Of a DNA stretch of 40,987 nt, positions 23,126 through 35,400 are shown piece by piece. The stretch is from Nemertoderma westbladi (taxonomy: Eukaryota > Animalia > Xenacoelomorpha). The DNA lies in contig JAUCBJ010008059.1 of assembly GCA_032718475.1 (NCBI GenBank), positions 1-40,987 on the forward strand. Direction: 5' to 3'. How positions within the stretch are numbered: the first letter of the stretch is position 1; each line of letters begins with the position of its first letter. A program made the translations under genes and the position numbers. The notes under the pieces were generated by a model. The model did no database searches. It saw only the letters and a program-made list of their open reading frames with translations, and was not told the origin of the DNA.

Positions 23126-23780
23126 AGCGTAGCTTTAGACCGGGTTCAATCCCACATTGAGATCTTATGTTTCTTCATAGAAAATGTTTCGGTTTTGTAA
23201 AATTCTTATATCGGGAATTTAGTATAGTTACTAGGGTAATATATATTTAAATTTATATAAAATTGACAGGTTATTATTATTATTATTTTTTTATTATTTC
23301 GGAACGGTTGTGTGGCCCGTCCAGCCTATAATTAATTATTATGTTATATCATATTTATATAATAGAAAACCTAATATTATACCGGTATATAACACAAAAA
23401 TGGGAAACATATAAGGTAAACTAAGTAAAGTAAAGTAAACTAAGTAAAGTAAAGTAAACTAAGTCTCTTGTTTTTGGATGGTGTACTATTGAGACAGACA
23501 AGTGAACTTATAGATTGTCCCAGTAGTACAAATTGGAGATGGTTGTGGAAAAAAGGGCCCATTCTGATATAAGCCTGAAAAATTGGACGGTGAAATACTC
23601 GCGAGAAAAACGCTACGCCCCACAACAGTACAGTTTCACACAGGAACCCCCCACCCCCAATCGGCACGCGTACACACATACACCAACATACCCCCCCCCC
23701 CCCACACATATAATAAAATATTATATTAAAATAAAAAGAAATGCTTTGTAAATTGAATTAATGGACCCAGTCTTATTTAT

Positions 23781-26700
23781 TTAGCCACTAGCAGATTGGA
23801 GTGAAATTATATATTTCTTTAGATTCCTATTGTACAAATGTTTAGAACCATGAAAATGTTTGACATTGTCAGGTAGTTCATTCCAGAGGGACATGCACTG
23901 ATAGAGAGAAGATGATTTTGCAATGTTACTTCTATATAATGGCAAATGATAATCATTTTTTGATCTAGTGTTTCGACTGTGAATTTGTTTGTTCAAAATT
24001 AGTTTACAAGTAAGCGTGGTCGGTAAGCGAGAATAACCCATTCTATATTTATATAAAAATTGAATGGATTTAAAACGGAATAGGAATTTTAATTTTAAAA
24101 TGTTCAACTTGAAAAATAGATCGGCAGTATGATATTTGTATGGTTTTAAAAGTATAATACGTACAATTTTTTTCTGCAATTTTATAAGTGGATTCAGAAT
24201 ACTGTCATAAGATACATCACTACAGTTTCCCCACAATTCAAGGCCGTAAGAAAGATAAGAAGATTTTAATGTGTGGTACAGAGTAATTCGGACCGGTTCA
24301 GGGACGAAATGTTTGATTTTGTTAATTATGCCAACGTTTTTTGCAACCTTTAGTCTTACGTAGTCAATATGAGGTTTCCAAGAGAGTGAGTTGGAAATAA
24401 TTAGGCCTAAGAATTTTATATTATCAACTTCTTTTATTGCAGACTCTCCAATGTTTAGTACAAGATCAGCATGGCGCGATTTAATTGGCCGTGAAGTAAA
24501 AATAACAAATTTTGTTTTTGAGATATTGATTGATAATTTATTCAATGCGAGCCAATCAGATACTTTAGATAATTCATGGTTAAGAATGTCGAACATGTTA
24601 TTAATATTTTTCCCAGAGATAAAAATATTTGTATCATCCGCAAAAAGTAGTAATTTAATTAAATTGGAGACATGAGATATATCATTGCTGTAGATGAGAA
24701 ATAAAAGGGGCCCAAGGATAGATCCTTGAGGCACCCCCAATAACATTAAAGATACTTCCGATAATGTACCATGGAAGTCTACGTATTGTTGTCGACAAGA
24801 TAAGTAACTTTTGAACCACGTAAGTGGGATTCCACGAACTCCAAAGTGTTCGAGTTTAGTAATCAGTATATCGTGGTCGACCGTATCGAAGGCTTTTGCG
24901 AGGTCTAGAAATACTCCTATAGTTGTATCTCTATTTTCAAATGCTTCTGTTAAATTGCTATGTAAGATAATTAAGGCTGTTGTAGTTGATATTTTCTTTT
25001 GAAAACCAAATTGATTTTCATGAATTCCATCCGTTTCATTTAAAAAATCAAGAACTTGCAGAAACACTGCCTTTTCTAGAATTTTGGATAGAAAGGGCAA
25101 AATACTTACAGGGCGGTAGTTGGAAAATTTAAAAGGTTCGTTAGCCTTAAAAATTGGGACCACTCTTGCTAATTTCCATTTGTCAGGGAAGATACCAAGG
25201 GATAGAGATTGGTTAATTATATGTGTAATTGGTTCACTAATGAGAGTAAAACAATTACGGGCAACGCTTGGATCTATAAGATCTGAACTAACCGCTTTAG
25301 ATTTACTCAAACTTATTACAATTCCTTCTACCTCAGATTTATTTAGTGGTGAAAAAAATATTGACCTTTGCTGAGGTGTACCTAAAGTATCTGTAAAGGA
25401 TCCCGCCGGTTTTGGGATTGTCTCAGCAAGATTAGTTGCGACAGTACTAAAATAGTCATTAAATCCATTTGCAATTTTACTTTTGTTATCAGTTATGGAA
25501 CCATCAATAAAAAATTTTGTGGAAAGAGAGTTTGTTTTTTTATTTATTACTTCCTTGATTACTGACCATGTTTTGCTAATATTGAACTTATATTTATCGA
25601 AAAGCTTAGAGAAATATTGTTGTTTGGCGATTCTGATAGTCTTAGTTAGTATGTTTTTATAAACTATGTACTCGTGTTTCTTTTTATCAGTGCGATTTTT
25701 TAAATAATTTGAATAAAGTTTATGCTTCATCCGAATGGACTGATACATATTTTCAGAAATCCAGGGCTTTTCATTATTAATTATCTTAATCTTTTTCAAT
25801 GGGAAGCTGTCATTATATAAACTCTGGTAAATTCCCATAAATGTAACCAATGATTCATTTGGATCATTTTATGAAGTTACTTGATCCCAGCATTGGGTTT
25901 TCTGCAATTTATCCCAAAAAACTGCTTTATTTTTGTTTGACTTATCACGGCTTGTAATAAATGTGTGTTGAATAAAATTACTTTTATTGAAATGCAATTT
26001 TGTATGAGCAAAAACTGGTAAGTGGTCCGATATATTTGCAACAATAATGCCAGCACTTTTAGTTAAGCTGAGATCATTTGTGAGTATATTATCAATGCAC
26101 GTAGCTGTGGTATCAGTAATACGAGTAGGTTTATCGATCAGCGGAAAGAAAAAATTTTGTGTTAAAATATCTGGGAATTCTAGAATTTTGGGGTTGGTGT
26201 TAATTTTTATTAAGTCTAAATTAAAATCGCCAAGGAGATAGCATGTCTTGCCCTCTTTATTTATTTGATTAAATGAAAATTTAAGACGATCAAAGAATTC
26301 TGAAACGTCTGTTTTTGGGGGGTGGTAAATGCAACCGACAATAACATTTCTTTCTGCTTTACGTTTGTATTCAACAAATACTGCCTCAAAGGCAGTTGTA
26401 GGATTCTTAACTTGCTCAAGGTCCTTCCGCCGAGAATAAGTAATATTTTCATTTATGAGTAGACTGCATCCACCATAACCATCATGTCCTGGAGGTCTCA
26501 GGCTATTCTCTACTTCGTAATTTTTAACCGAAAAGTTATCTTTGTTAATTCTGGATAGCCACGTTTCTGTTAAACCAATAATTCCAAAAGGGTTGTTAAT
26601 TATGTTTAATAAATTTTCCAAAGAGTCAAAATTTTTTCAACACTGCGAATATTTTCATGTAGAAGGATAAGGCTGTTATTTTTGTCATATTCAAAAGTAG

Positions 26701-27050
26701 ATGCCAACTCTGAAAGATCAGCCCAGTACGAACACTGGATTTGGGATAATATTGAATTAAAAAAATTTTTATCTGGGTCAGAATCGGCATCATGTTCAAA
26801 ATTGTTATCTGGAAATTTATCAGAGTTGTTAAGTAAACTCACTGCCTGTGAGGATAATACATCAATATTTAAGATAGCGGGTAATCTAAAATCATTTAGT
26901 GTTAATAAAAATTCACAATCACACACAATATTATTAAACGGAAAGATTTCAGAAACACATTCAGGACAAAACCAATCAGTATTCTTTTTTAGGGCAACAA
27001 ATTCGTTATGGGACAATTTATTGACACAACGATAGTGAACAAAGCGTTTA
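23781..27050 (-). pseudogene. LINE ORF2 (PHD + APE endonuclease + RT), disrupted
   Basis: VHYRC..WFCPEC PHD; NIRS, LTETWL, GDFN, DNIL and SDH in APE; NYRPVS, DLAKAFD, GVPQGSILGP and FADD in RT; frameshift in an A-run at ~26635 and an in-frame TAA at 25871-25869. Confidence 0.92.
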
Positions 27051-27969
27051 CATTAACATTCTTAGCACATACCGAGCACATACCACCACTACCAAAATTA
27101 GGCATTTATTAGAAGGCAAACTGTGTCCAAATACGGGCGTACAAGAGACAAACTATCAGAAATGTACTAGGTTTAGTTAGATACGCTGATGTTACAGGTG
27201 CGCAAACTGTGCACCTGTAACAACTATGAGAGAGCGGGACCCTACTAGATCAGGCTGCAGAGATACAACTAGACTACACTACTACGAATTGCTGCAGAGG
27301 TACTTATCGCTAGACTAGATTGACGATTGCTAATTACAGATATAGTTCACGTATGGTAAAACAAGACAACTACCAAATATTTACTACACAGATGTACTTA
27401 CTTAGCTAACACGCTACTGAAAGAGACAATAGACAGCAAACACGCAACACCTGTAAAAACAAGCACTGGAGTATAGACTACTAAAAAACAGCAAAACCAA
27501 AAACAGCTAAACATTGCCGACAAGTAAGAGCTGCATTCAATAAAATATAAGAGGTCATTTTACTAAAAAAAAGTTTATTGAAAAACGTTTATTAAAGATT
27601 AATAGAGATTAATACAAAGAGATAAAATATATCTAATCGGTGAATCATCTGTAAATCTCCAATGTTTCTCCCAAAATATCCATTTAGCAAAAATCAAATC
27701 CCGTTTATAAACTGTATGGCGGGGCTGATGGTGTGCTATGTAAAGGAGGACGCGGGAAGAGAGAGAGGGTGTGGGTGCCCATTGCAGCAGCGTAGTTCCC
27801 AGGATAGGATCCGGGAGCAACACCAGTAGGGGAGACATGGATAGGAGAGGGCGCGGTCAGACTCACTCTCGATTGTTGCAGGGCACTGGCCGAGTGAACT
27901 ACCGGTCGCCGTATATTACGTTCACGAAAGTGCGTAGCCTTCTGCGCACTATTCATTGGTTTAACCTTC

Positions 27970-29049
27970 TCAAGTGTTGTCTACCATAGCAATGGGGGTA
28001 CCGTTCATGCCGATAGCGAACAGATTTCCGTTGCGAGACCAACCAATTCCTCTAGCCTTTATCTTTGAAAGTCGGGAGTAGCGTTCCTTGGTGAGAGACT
28101 CGCTAATAAACGTTGAGCTTCCTCGTAAACGAAAAGCATTGCTAATAACTTGTGTGCGCATATAATAACGAACAAACTTTACTATGACGGGGGACACCGA
28201 ACCTTTAGCGACGGAGTGAGCCGAATCAATATCGTGTCCCGGTAAGGGTTTAGATAACCGGTGACAACGATCGATCTCAATTTCCGATATGTTCAAACCC
28301 AATACGTCACGGAAGAAATTAAGTACTACCAAAGTAGTATCAATTTCATTTCGCTCGTTTCCCAGTCGTAGGCCATTAATTATTAAGCAATTTCGACGTG
28401 AATACTGCTCTAAATTATCTTGCCTCGTGGCAAGAATTTTTAGAGAGTGTTTGATGTTAAGAATAGAGTCAGCGATCACTGACAGATAGTGCGAAAGTTT
28501 CTCTAGTTCGAAGTTGACCAATTCTTTAATGTTCTTTGATAAGTTGTGCCGATCCTTGCTCGAAAGCAAAGGTCGAACTGTAACATCCGGAGAGTGTGCT
28601 AGTGCTACCGGTATTGATTCTGTTGGAAACCCCAGAAACACCTCCGTATTGTTCGAATTCGTTACACCTGACGATACACTTTCTAACTCTTTCGGATCAT
28701 TCTCCATCGTATTCGTATCGGAATTGAGTACGGCAGAATCGGCAAGCAAGGAATTGGTGCTGGTGGATTCGGGAGGCAGAACATCTGCCTGGGCCTGGGC
28801 GTTCAATCCATTACCATCCAAATACTTCGAGATTTTGTTATCAATCGTTTTATCGAGATTCGATTTGAGATGTTCCACTGAGGACTGGAAGGAAGAAATT
28901 CGATTGGTTTGTTCCGAAATGTGTTCTTCCAGGACAGCGAAAGAGTTAGCCGAAGGGGAACTGGTATCAGCATTTGACATATACGGGGAGTTATTAAAGG
29001 ACGAAGGGTTCGGTAATTTCCCATTCCTTTTGTTTCGGTTTCTTCCCAT
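27970..29049 (-). CDS. LINE ORF1 (coiled coil + RRM, L1-transposase-like), intact, 359 aa
   Basis: LEQYSRRNCLIINGL, IDRCHRL, PVIVKF, FISESLT and WSRNG motifs. Confidence 0.9.
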   Translation of the reverse strand: MGRNRNKRNGKLPNPSSFNNSPYMSNADTSSPSANSFAVLEEHISEQTNRISSFQSSVEHLKSNLDKTIDNKISKYLDGNGLNAQAQADVLPPESTSTNSLLADSAVLNSDTNTMENDPKELESVSSGVTNSNNTEVFLGFPTESIPVALAHSPDVTVRPLLSSKDRHNLSKNIKELVNFELEKLSHYLSVIADSILNIKHSLKILATRQDNLEQYSRRNCLIINGLRLGNERNEIDTTLVVLNFFRDVLGLNISEIEIDRCHRLSKPLPGHDIDSAHSVAKGSVSPVIVKFVRYYMRTQVISNAFRLRGSSTFISESLTKERYSRLSKIKARGIGWSRNGNLFAIGMNGTPIAMVDNT

Positions 29050-29346
29050 TGTTATTCGCGAGATTCGGTCGTTTACGGGAGAAATACAAGGGTTCTTGTC
29101 GCGACACGGAGAAAATTACATATACATATATAAAGTTGCTGTAGCTAGGCCTACTATTCTACCATAAGTCCAAACTCTACTGACATTCAGACATTGCTAG
29201 GCGTACTGCAGTACAGATGTAAATGTTTCGAACAAGTTGTTCTGGTAGATTGATAGGTAGATTATATTATGTTAAGAACTATGTTATTTAATTTATTGAA
29301 ATATAAATGCACCGTTTTCTACTATACTAAGCTGGAACGAGCTGTT

Positions 29347-29550
29347 AAAAAAAAAAAAAAAGTAAATTTTCTTCGGCCACTAGGCCAGGGATTACGCACA
29401 AAGTCTAACGACTTATTTCCAGTGCGGTCCCCCCAGAACTTTACTCCCCAGCCTCCCGAAACGAAAACTGCCCTGGCCCATGTGAGGATCGAACCCACGA
29501 CCTTCAGGAGATGTGAATTCAATGCAACCGCACTACACCAAGGTGGAACG
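29347..29550 (-). mobile_element. tRNA-derived SINE
   Basis: Minus-strand TGGTGTAGTGCGG A-box and GGTTCGATCC B-box, unique body, ends in a T-run (Pol III terminator-like). Confidence 0.7.
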
Positions 29551-29684
29551 GTGGAAAAAAGCTTTATTAATGTATTTAATATGGTAATTTTATCCAATAA
29601 TAATTAATTGTATAGTAATTTACATAATTTATACAGATAGAAAAACAATAAAATAATAATTCAGAGGGGGGTCATTTCTCATGG

Positions 29685-30000
29685 ATGGTGGCCTGGCCAA
29701 TTACCTTGGGGATCAAAGTTGAGCGCCGGATCGGCAATCAATGGGTTGTAGTTCGAGCCCCGCCAGGGCCCTCTCAGCCTTTCAACGCCTATGGTCGATA
29801 CAATGAGTACCAGTTGAATTACTGGAAGTAAAACTTGGGATAGGAATAGCGCCCACCCCGACCCTCAGGGAGCAGCTAACGGAAGTGGAGCCTTCGGGTC
29901 GCTTCCATTTCGGATCCTTCGACCGACTGTTTGCTTGCTTTTGCCATCTCAACTGGGAATTTAACTCCCCTGGGAGCTCATGTTGTCTTTCCTCTTCAGC
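29685..30000 (+). mobile_element. tRNA-derived SINE with a Nin/Deu-like central domain
   Basis: B-box gttcgagccc followed by ctcagcctttca..ggtcgatacaatgagtacc, resembling the conserved Nin/Deu SINE core. Confidence 0.55.
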
Positions 30001-30132
30001 TCTAGATCTGTAAGTTTGCCCCTATATAGAAGAGCAAGTGTGAAATTATGAGGTTATCTTTAATTGAGGGAATATTTTATGTCAATGTTGCCCAAAATCA
30101 AACTTATTTATTATGTAATCAAAACTATAAAT

Positions 30133-31208
30133 TCATTTCTTGGAGAAAGCTTTAATTACAGACGCCCTAAAACCTCGACTGAACGAAATATAAATATACA
30201 AGTTCGCTACCTGGTTGAGGCTATGCAGCCAAAATACAATCTTCCAAGCGATGTATATAAATGAACCCGGCTCCAGAGAATCATAAATATTCATTCCATA
30301 ATTAATATATATATGATAAATTACACGGGGCGCTGTTATTATCATGGCGCATATATTAGTAGCGATAATCATTCGTGTTAGCTGATTGCGTCTTTCAAAA
30401 TTTCCTACAGATGTTTTGGCTAAACTTTTCAATTTCATTATAGTTTTGATATTTAGAGGGCAAATAAAGCCGAATGGAAGGAAATAATCCATAGTAGATT
30501 GCCAAAGATGAATAATCCCCATTAATTCCCGGGAAATATTTTTATTATATCTGACTAATTCTGTTGTGTAAACACCGTCTACTGAGCGATAAAATCCAGG
30601 GTAAGATTGAGTTGGAAAATATTTCGGCCAAGAAACGCATAAAGTTACCGCAATTAAACCAATTATTATGAATTTGGTTTTCCTGAATAATTCTTTAGCT
30701 AACTGCGGGTAGAGAACGCAGATATACCGCTCTATAGTTAAATACATCAACAACCACACAGAAAAATTTGTATTCCAATAAAGTATCATTACTAATGGCC
30801 GTATATAAAGTCCTCTGTGAAATAAAGGTTCAGCTATAAAGTAGCTGTCAATCCCAAAACACCAAACCTGTAAAATCAGCAGAAGCGTGTCGCTTGTAGA
30901 CAGGGCTGCTATCAGGTACCTAGTGTGACTGTTTAGTATATTAGTTGTGGACATGGTGAATATTGTAACAAAATTCGACGGAATTCCGATACACAGAAGG
31001 GCAACTCCACAGATTCGCGTTAATTTTTCTTCCAGTGTTAAATTTAAGATGTCGGATAAAATATTGTTAATTATAACTGCGTCCGAGCATTCTGGTTGGT
31101 TGGAGGAATTTTTCGCGCATTCTGGAGGCGTCAATGTAATGGTATCTTTGTAGATAGTAATTATAAGTCCATCATCGGTGACACTTCCATTTGTAATCAA
31201 TCGGCCAT
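30133..31208 (-). CDS. Class A (rhodopsin-like) GPCR, FMRFamide/peptide-receptor-like, main exon
   Basis: Seven hydrophobic segments; GIPSN (TM1), LSTSD (TM2), IERY, LPF (TM5), TAPR (TM6), NLYIY (TM7), FR helix 8; TTTTCAG acceptor. Confidence 0.9.
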
Positions 31209-31243
31209 CTGAAAAGTTTAAAGTTATGAAATTAAGTTGTGGA

Positions 31244-31656
31244 CAGTGGCGTAGCGAGGGGGGGGGGGGGCTGACGGGGGCCGGGCCACGCCCCCGGGCG
31301 CAGCTGCGAGGGGACGAAAAAACAAAGAGGAAGATTGTGGACATATTTTGTTATCAGCCGTCAGAATTTTGTATGGGAAAATTGGAGCACAATTTTTAAT
31401 CAGGAAGTAGGCCTACTGTATAAGTAATTTTTTCACATTTGAATGCCCCGGAAGTGGTGCATTTCCAACACAGGGCTCCTAAATGAAACTCAATTTAGGG
31501 GGAATCCAATACACAGGAAGCCGCGGTAGCCACAGATACACTAACTCAAAACTTCCTTAAATATGGTCCCATAGTAATAGCCAGTCACTAGCCAGGTTCC
31601 TTCTAGTGCAGGGGAGGGGGCGCTGAGCTGCAGGGTGTGCTTTGTGGACCCAGATA

Positions 31657-31690
<34 letters not shown>

Positions 31691-32373
31691 GGACGCAATA
31701 CAAATTCATCCATCTCCAGGGGAAATTGGACGCAAAAAACAGCTGTTTATTCTCAAAAATCAAACCCCCTAATTAGAATTTAACATTGAGGGGATATTAT
31801 TCGCCAAGATGGAATTTGCGTCCAGTTTCCCCCATGTCTCTGTGGACCATATTACCTTATCTTGTATTTTTCAATCCCTTTCTCTCGTACGTACTGTATC
31901 TGAGATTGAATTTCCCGCGAATCTGAGCATTTAATAAACGCGTTGTACTTTTTATCTCATTGGTTTATGTTTTGAAACACATTGTTACATGTAGTTAAGT
32001 TACTGTATGTTTCTTATTGTGCAGTTTATGTTATGTATATAACCTAATTATTATATTATTTTAGAACCAAATTTAATATTTTTTTTAAATAATTTTTGAA
32101 TTTTTATGGGGGGAATGGAGAATGGCAGAATGGAAATAATAACCCGCCATTCATCAGCTCTTTGTATGCACTGTATTTCAAGAATATAGTTACTTACTGA
32201 CTGACTGTAGAGTTTCTACGTTTACTGTATGTCACAAGTTTATCAATAAAAAAAGGAATTTCAATAAATTTAAAGTTTGAATGCAAAAATGCATTATTTA
32301 TTTATTAAATTTTGCGCCCCCTTAGCACTCTGGGGCATTGTCACCCCTCCCCCCCCTTCTTTGACCGCCCCTG
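31244..32373. mobile_element. hAT-like MITE(s) in the GPCR intron
   Basis: CAGTGGCGTAGCG + G-run at the left end and C-run + GACCGCCCCTG at the right end; no TSD seen; internal inverted repeat ggggaaattggacgcaaa / tttgcgtccagtttcccc. Confidence 0.45.
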
Positions 32374-32543
32374 TCACTCACACAAATTTAATTTAAGAAA
32401 TAAATTTGCCATTGTATTTTAATACTTAATTTTACACGGGTTAGGTAGAATTTAGCACAGAAAGTGCGAATATATACTGTTGGCAAAACCCCAGATGTGT
32501 AAAACACCAGAAAACATGGTTTTTCGAAATTACAAGAACAAAC

Positions 32544-32625
32544 CTGCAATAATTTCGGTTGATAGAATAATAAATGGCGCCAACATGAGGACAGAGTTTA
32601 CTTTCAAATATGTTGTTGAATCCAT
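32544..32625 (-). CDS. GPCR first coding exon (signal-peptide-like)
   Basis: MDSTTYLKVNSVLMLAPFIILSTEIIA + G|GTTTGT; the phase-1 join to AT at 31208 gives Asp and a 385-aa protein. Confidence 0.7.
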
Positions 32626-32699
32626 TTCTAAATATAGGCCTATCTATATAACATCAAAGTAAAATTACTATAAATATATTGATAATAAGTGGAATTACG

Positions 32700-33035
32700 A
32701 TACCTTTCGCTGTATGAGTTGCGTTCTTTTATCAATTCTAGTGTACAATTTCAGGTGTTGTAGCTGTGGTGCTACTTACAAAGTAAAGACCAAGAGATAC
32801 TTTAAGGTTCGCACTTTAAGGACCGCGTACATTGTTCTTATTTAAATAGTCACCCTTTGCTACCGGTCGTATCCCTATGATTCAATTAGGCCTAGCTGTT
32901 GTTTTACTGTAAGTGTCACTCGTAATGTGTTTATACCTGTATTCTTTCTTTGGTTCTTCAATGTGTAATTTTCCCTGATGATGCCCTACCGAGTACCGAG
33001 AGATCGAAACGTTGGTTTTTTGTTTAAAATAAAGT
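32700..33035 (+). mobile_element. Penelope-like element 3' remnant (GIY-YIG fragment + pseudo-LTR)
   Basis: ELRSF..VYNFRCCSCGATYKVKTKRYFKVR GIY-YIG-like segment, a hammerhead core and AATAAA downstream. Confidence 0.7.
32969..33015 (+). ncRNA. Degenerate minimal type I hammerhead ribozyme
   Basis: CTGATGA (32975-32981) .. GAAAC (33006-33010) with a palindromic AACGTT stem III; stem II pairs poorly. Confidence 0.5.
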
Positions 33036-33540
33036 TCAGATTAGAGATACGAACGCAAGAGATCAGCATGCAAGTAGTTGTGCATAGAACAGGTGAGGAC
33101 TGTACAGTTCCAGGTGAGGACTGTACAGTTCCAGGTGATCGATGTCTTTGGTTGTGAAGGATATTAAAGTTTTCCGTGAATAGTAAAATTTCGTGATAGT
33201 CAGACGTGGTTTAACTAGGGCTGGATTAATGGGGGGGGGGGGGGGGTGGGGGTACCCCACACCCTTCCTTGGGTCAAAATCTAACATTTTTTTATTTAAT
33301 CTGATGCAGAATTTAATGATGATTCAATCACCATAACGAAAATCGCAACAATGACAGTTTTAGTACGGTGGTGTCTGGTGTGTGTGGAGTCTTAGTGCCA
33401 ATTACTAACCGATTTACATAATATACTCACAGATACAGACAGTAAGTTTTGAGAGTTTCAAACTCTAAAGGAAATTATCTCGGATACTTATCTGCCAGAA
33501 GTTCCATATTGATGAGGAGAAACAAATAAGAGTGGGGTGA

Positions 33541-35400
33541 CGTGATCAGGTAGGGGTTTCTGTTCATGGAGAGTTGTGCGGGTTGCCATATAGATGAGGT
33601 AGGGGTTTCTGTTCATAGAGAGTTGTGCGGTTTGCCAGGCGTGATGAGGTAGCGGTTCCTGTTCATAGAGAGTTGTGCGGTTTGCCATATAGATGAGGTA
33701 GGGGTTTCTGTTCATAGAGAGTTGTGCGGCTTGCCAGGCGTGATGAGGTAGAGGTTTCTGTTCATATAGAGTTGTGCGGCTTGCAAGGCGTGATGAGGTA
33801 AGGGATTTCTTTTCATAGAGAGTTGTACGGCTTGCCAGGCGCGATGAGGTAGGGGTTTCTATTCATAGAGAGTTGTGTGGCTTGCCAGGCGTGATGAGGT
33901 AGAGGTTTCTGTTCATATAGAGTTGTGCGGCTTGCAAGGCGTGATGAGGTAAGGGATTTCTTTTCATAGAGAGTTGTACGGCTTGCCAGGCGCGATGAGG
34001 TAGGGGTTTCTATTCATAGAGAGTTGTGTGGCTTGCCAGGCGTGATTTGGTAGGGATTTCTGTTCATAAAGAGTGTGTGGCTTGCCAGGCGTGATGAGGT
34101 AGGGGATTTCTTTTCATAGAGAATTGTGCAGCTTGCCAGGCGTGATGAGGTAGGGGTTTCTGTTCATAAAGAGTTGTGCGGCTTGCCAGGCGTGATGAGG
34201 TAGCGGTTCCTGTTCATAGAGAGTTGTGCGGTTTGCCATATAGATGAGGTAGGGGTTTCTGTTCATAGAGAGTTGTGCGGCTTGCCAGGCGTGATGAGGT
34301 AGCGGTTCCTGTTCATAGAGAGTTGTGCGGTTTGCCATATAGATGAGGTAGGGGTTTCTGTTCATAGAGAGTTGTGCGGCTTGCCAGGCGTGATGAGGTA
34401 GCGGTTCCTGTTCATAGAGAGTTGTGCAGCTTGCCAGGCGTGATGAGGTAGGGGTTTCTGTTCATAAAGTGTTGTATGGCTTGCCAGGCGTGATGAGGTA
34501 GGGGTTTCTGTTCATAAAGAGTTGTATGGCTTCCCAGGCGTGATGAGGTAGGGGTTTCTGTTCATAAAGAGTTGTATGGCTTGCCAGGCATGATGAGGTA
34601 GGGGTTTCTGTTCATAAAAAGTTGTATGGCTTGCCATATAGATGAGGTTGGGGTTTCTGTTCATAGAGAGTTGTGCGGCTTGCCAGGCGTGATGAGGTAG
34701 GGGTTTTTGTTCATAGCGAGTTGTGCGGCTTGCCAGGCGTGATGAGGTAGGGGATTTCTTTTCATAGAGAGTTGGATGGCTTGCCAGGCGTGATGAGGTA
34801 GGGGATTTCTTTTCATAGAAAGTTGTGTGGCTTGCCAGGCGTGATGACTGATGACGTAGGGGTTTTTGTTCATAGAAAGTTGTGCGGCTTGCCAGGTGTG
34901 ATGAGGTAGAGGTTTCTGTTCATAGAGAGTTGTGTGGCTTGCCATATAGATGAGGTAGGCATTCCTGTTCATAGAGAGGTGTGCGGTTTGCCAGACGTGA
35001 TGAGGTGGGGAATTTCTTTTCATAGAGAGTTGTGCGGCTTGCCAGGTGTGATGAGGTAGGGGTTTTTGTTCATAGAGAGTTGTACGGCTGGCCAGGCATG
35101 ATGAGGTAGAGGATTTCTTTTCATAGAGAGTTGTGCGGCTTGCTAGGCGTGATGAGGTAGGGGATTTCTTTTCATAGAGAGTTGTGCGGCTTGCCAGGCG
35201 TGATGAGGTAGGGGTTTTTGTTCATAGAGAGTTGTGCGGCTTGCCAGGTGTGATGAGGTGGGGGATTTCTTTTCATAAAGAGGTGTGCAGCTTGCCAGGC
35301 GTGATGAGGTAGGGGTTTTTGTTCATAGAGAGTTGTGCCGCTTGCCAGGCGTGATGAGGTAGGGGTTTCTGTTCATAGAAAGTTGTGCAGCTTGCCATAT
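33541..35400. repeat. Minisatellite, ~50 bp x ~37
   Basis: Unit gatgaggtaggggtttctgttcatagagagttgtgcggcttgccaggcgt, with 49- and 51-bp variants and local 99-bp dimers. Confidence 0.97.

Larger units (their letters stand above)
23417..29110 (-). mobile_element. Near-full-length CR1/L2-group (Crack/Daphne-like) LINE
   Basis: ORF1, ~0.9-kb spacer, PHD-APE-RT ORF2, 3' UTR and a (TTTAC)n tail at 23417-23465; the 5' boundary is approximate. Confidence 0.9.

Noticed and set aside
22126-23200. Long Pro/Thr/His-rich ORFs resembling a mucin or extensin
   Set aside because: They are open in all three frames because the C-rich minisatellite lacks stop codons; there are no real ATG starts or splice support
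28514-29167. 217-aa plus-strand ORF
   Set aside because: Antisense shadow of LINE ORF1 with no recognisable motifs
29470-29550. Functional tRNA genes here and at 1460-1540, 16278-16345 and 29690-29765
   Set aside because: A/B boxes are present but the stems and anticodon arms are non-canonical and each runs into a repeat body, so they are treated as SINE heads
31209-31344. N-terminal 45 aa of the 403-aa GPCR ORF
   Set aside because: This stretch is intronic MITE and G-run sequence; a strong acceptor at 31208 and a phase-matched upstream exon explain the gene better
33488-35400. Repetitive ORFs, a CRISPR-like array, or a C/D snoRNA cluster (GTGATGA in each unit)
   Set aside because: These are head-to-tail repeats with no unique spacers and no cas genes, in eukaryotic context; there is no recurring D box (CTGA), and the frames shift between units
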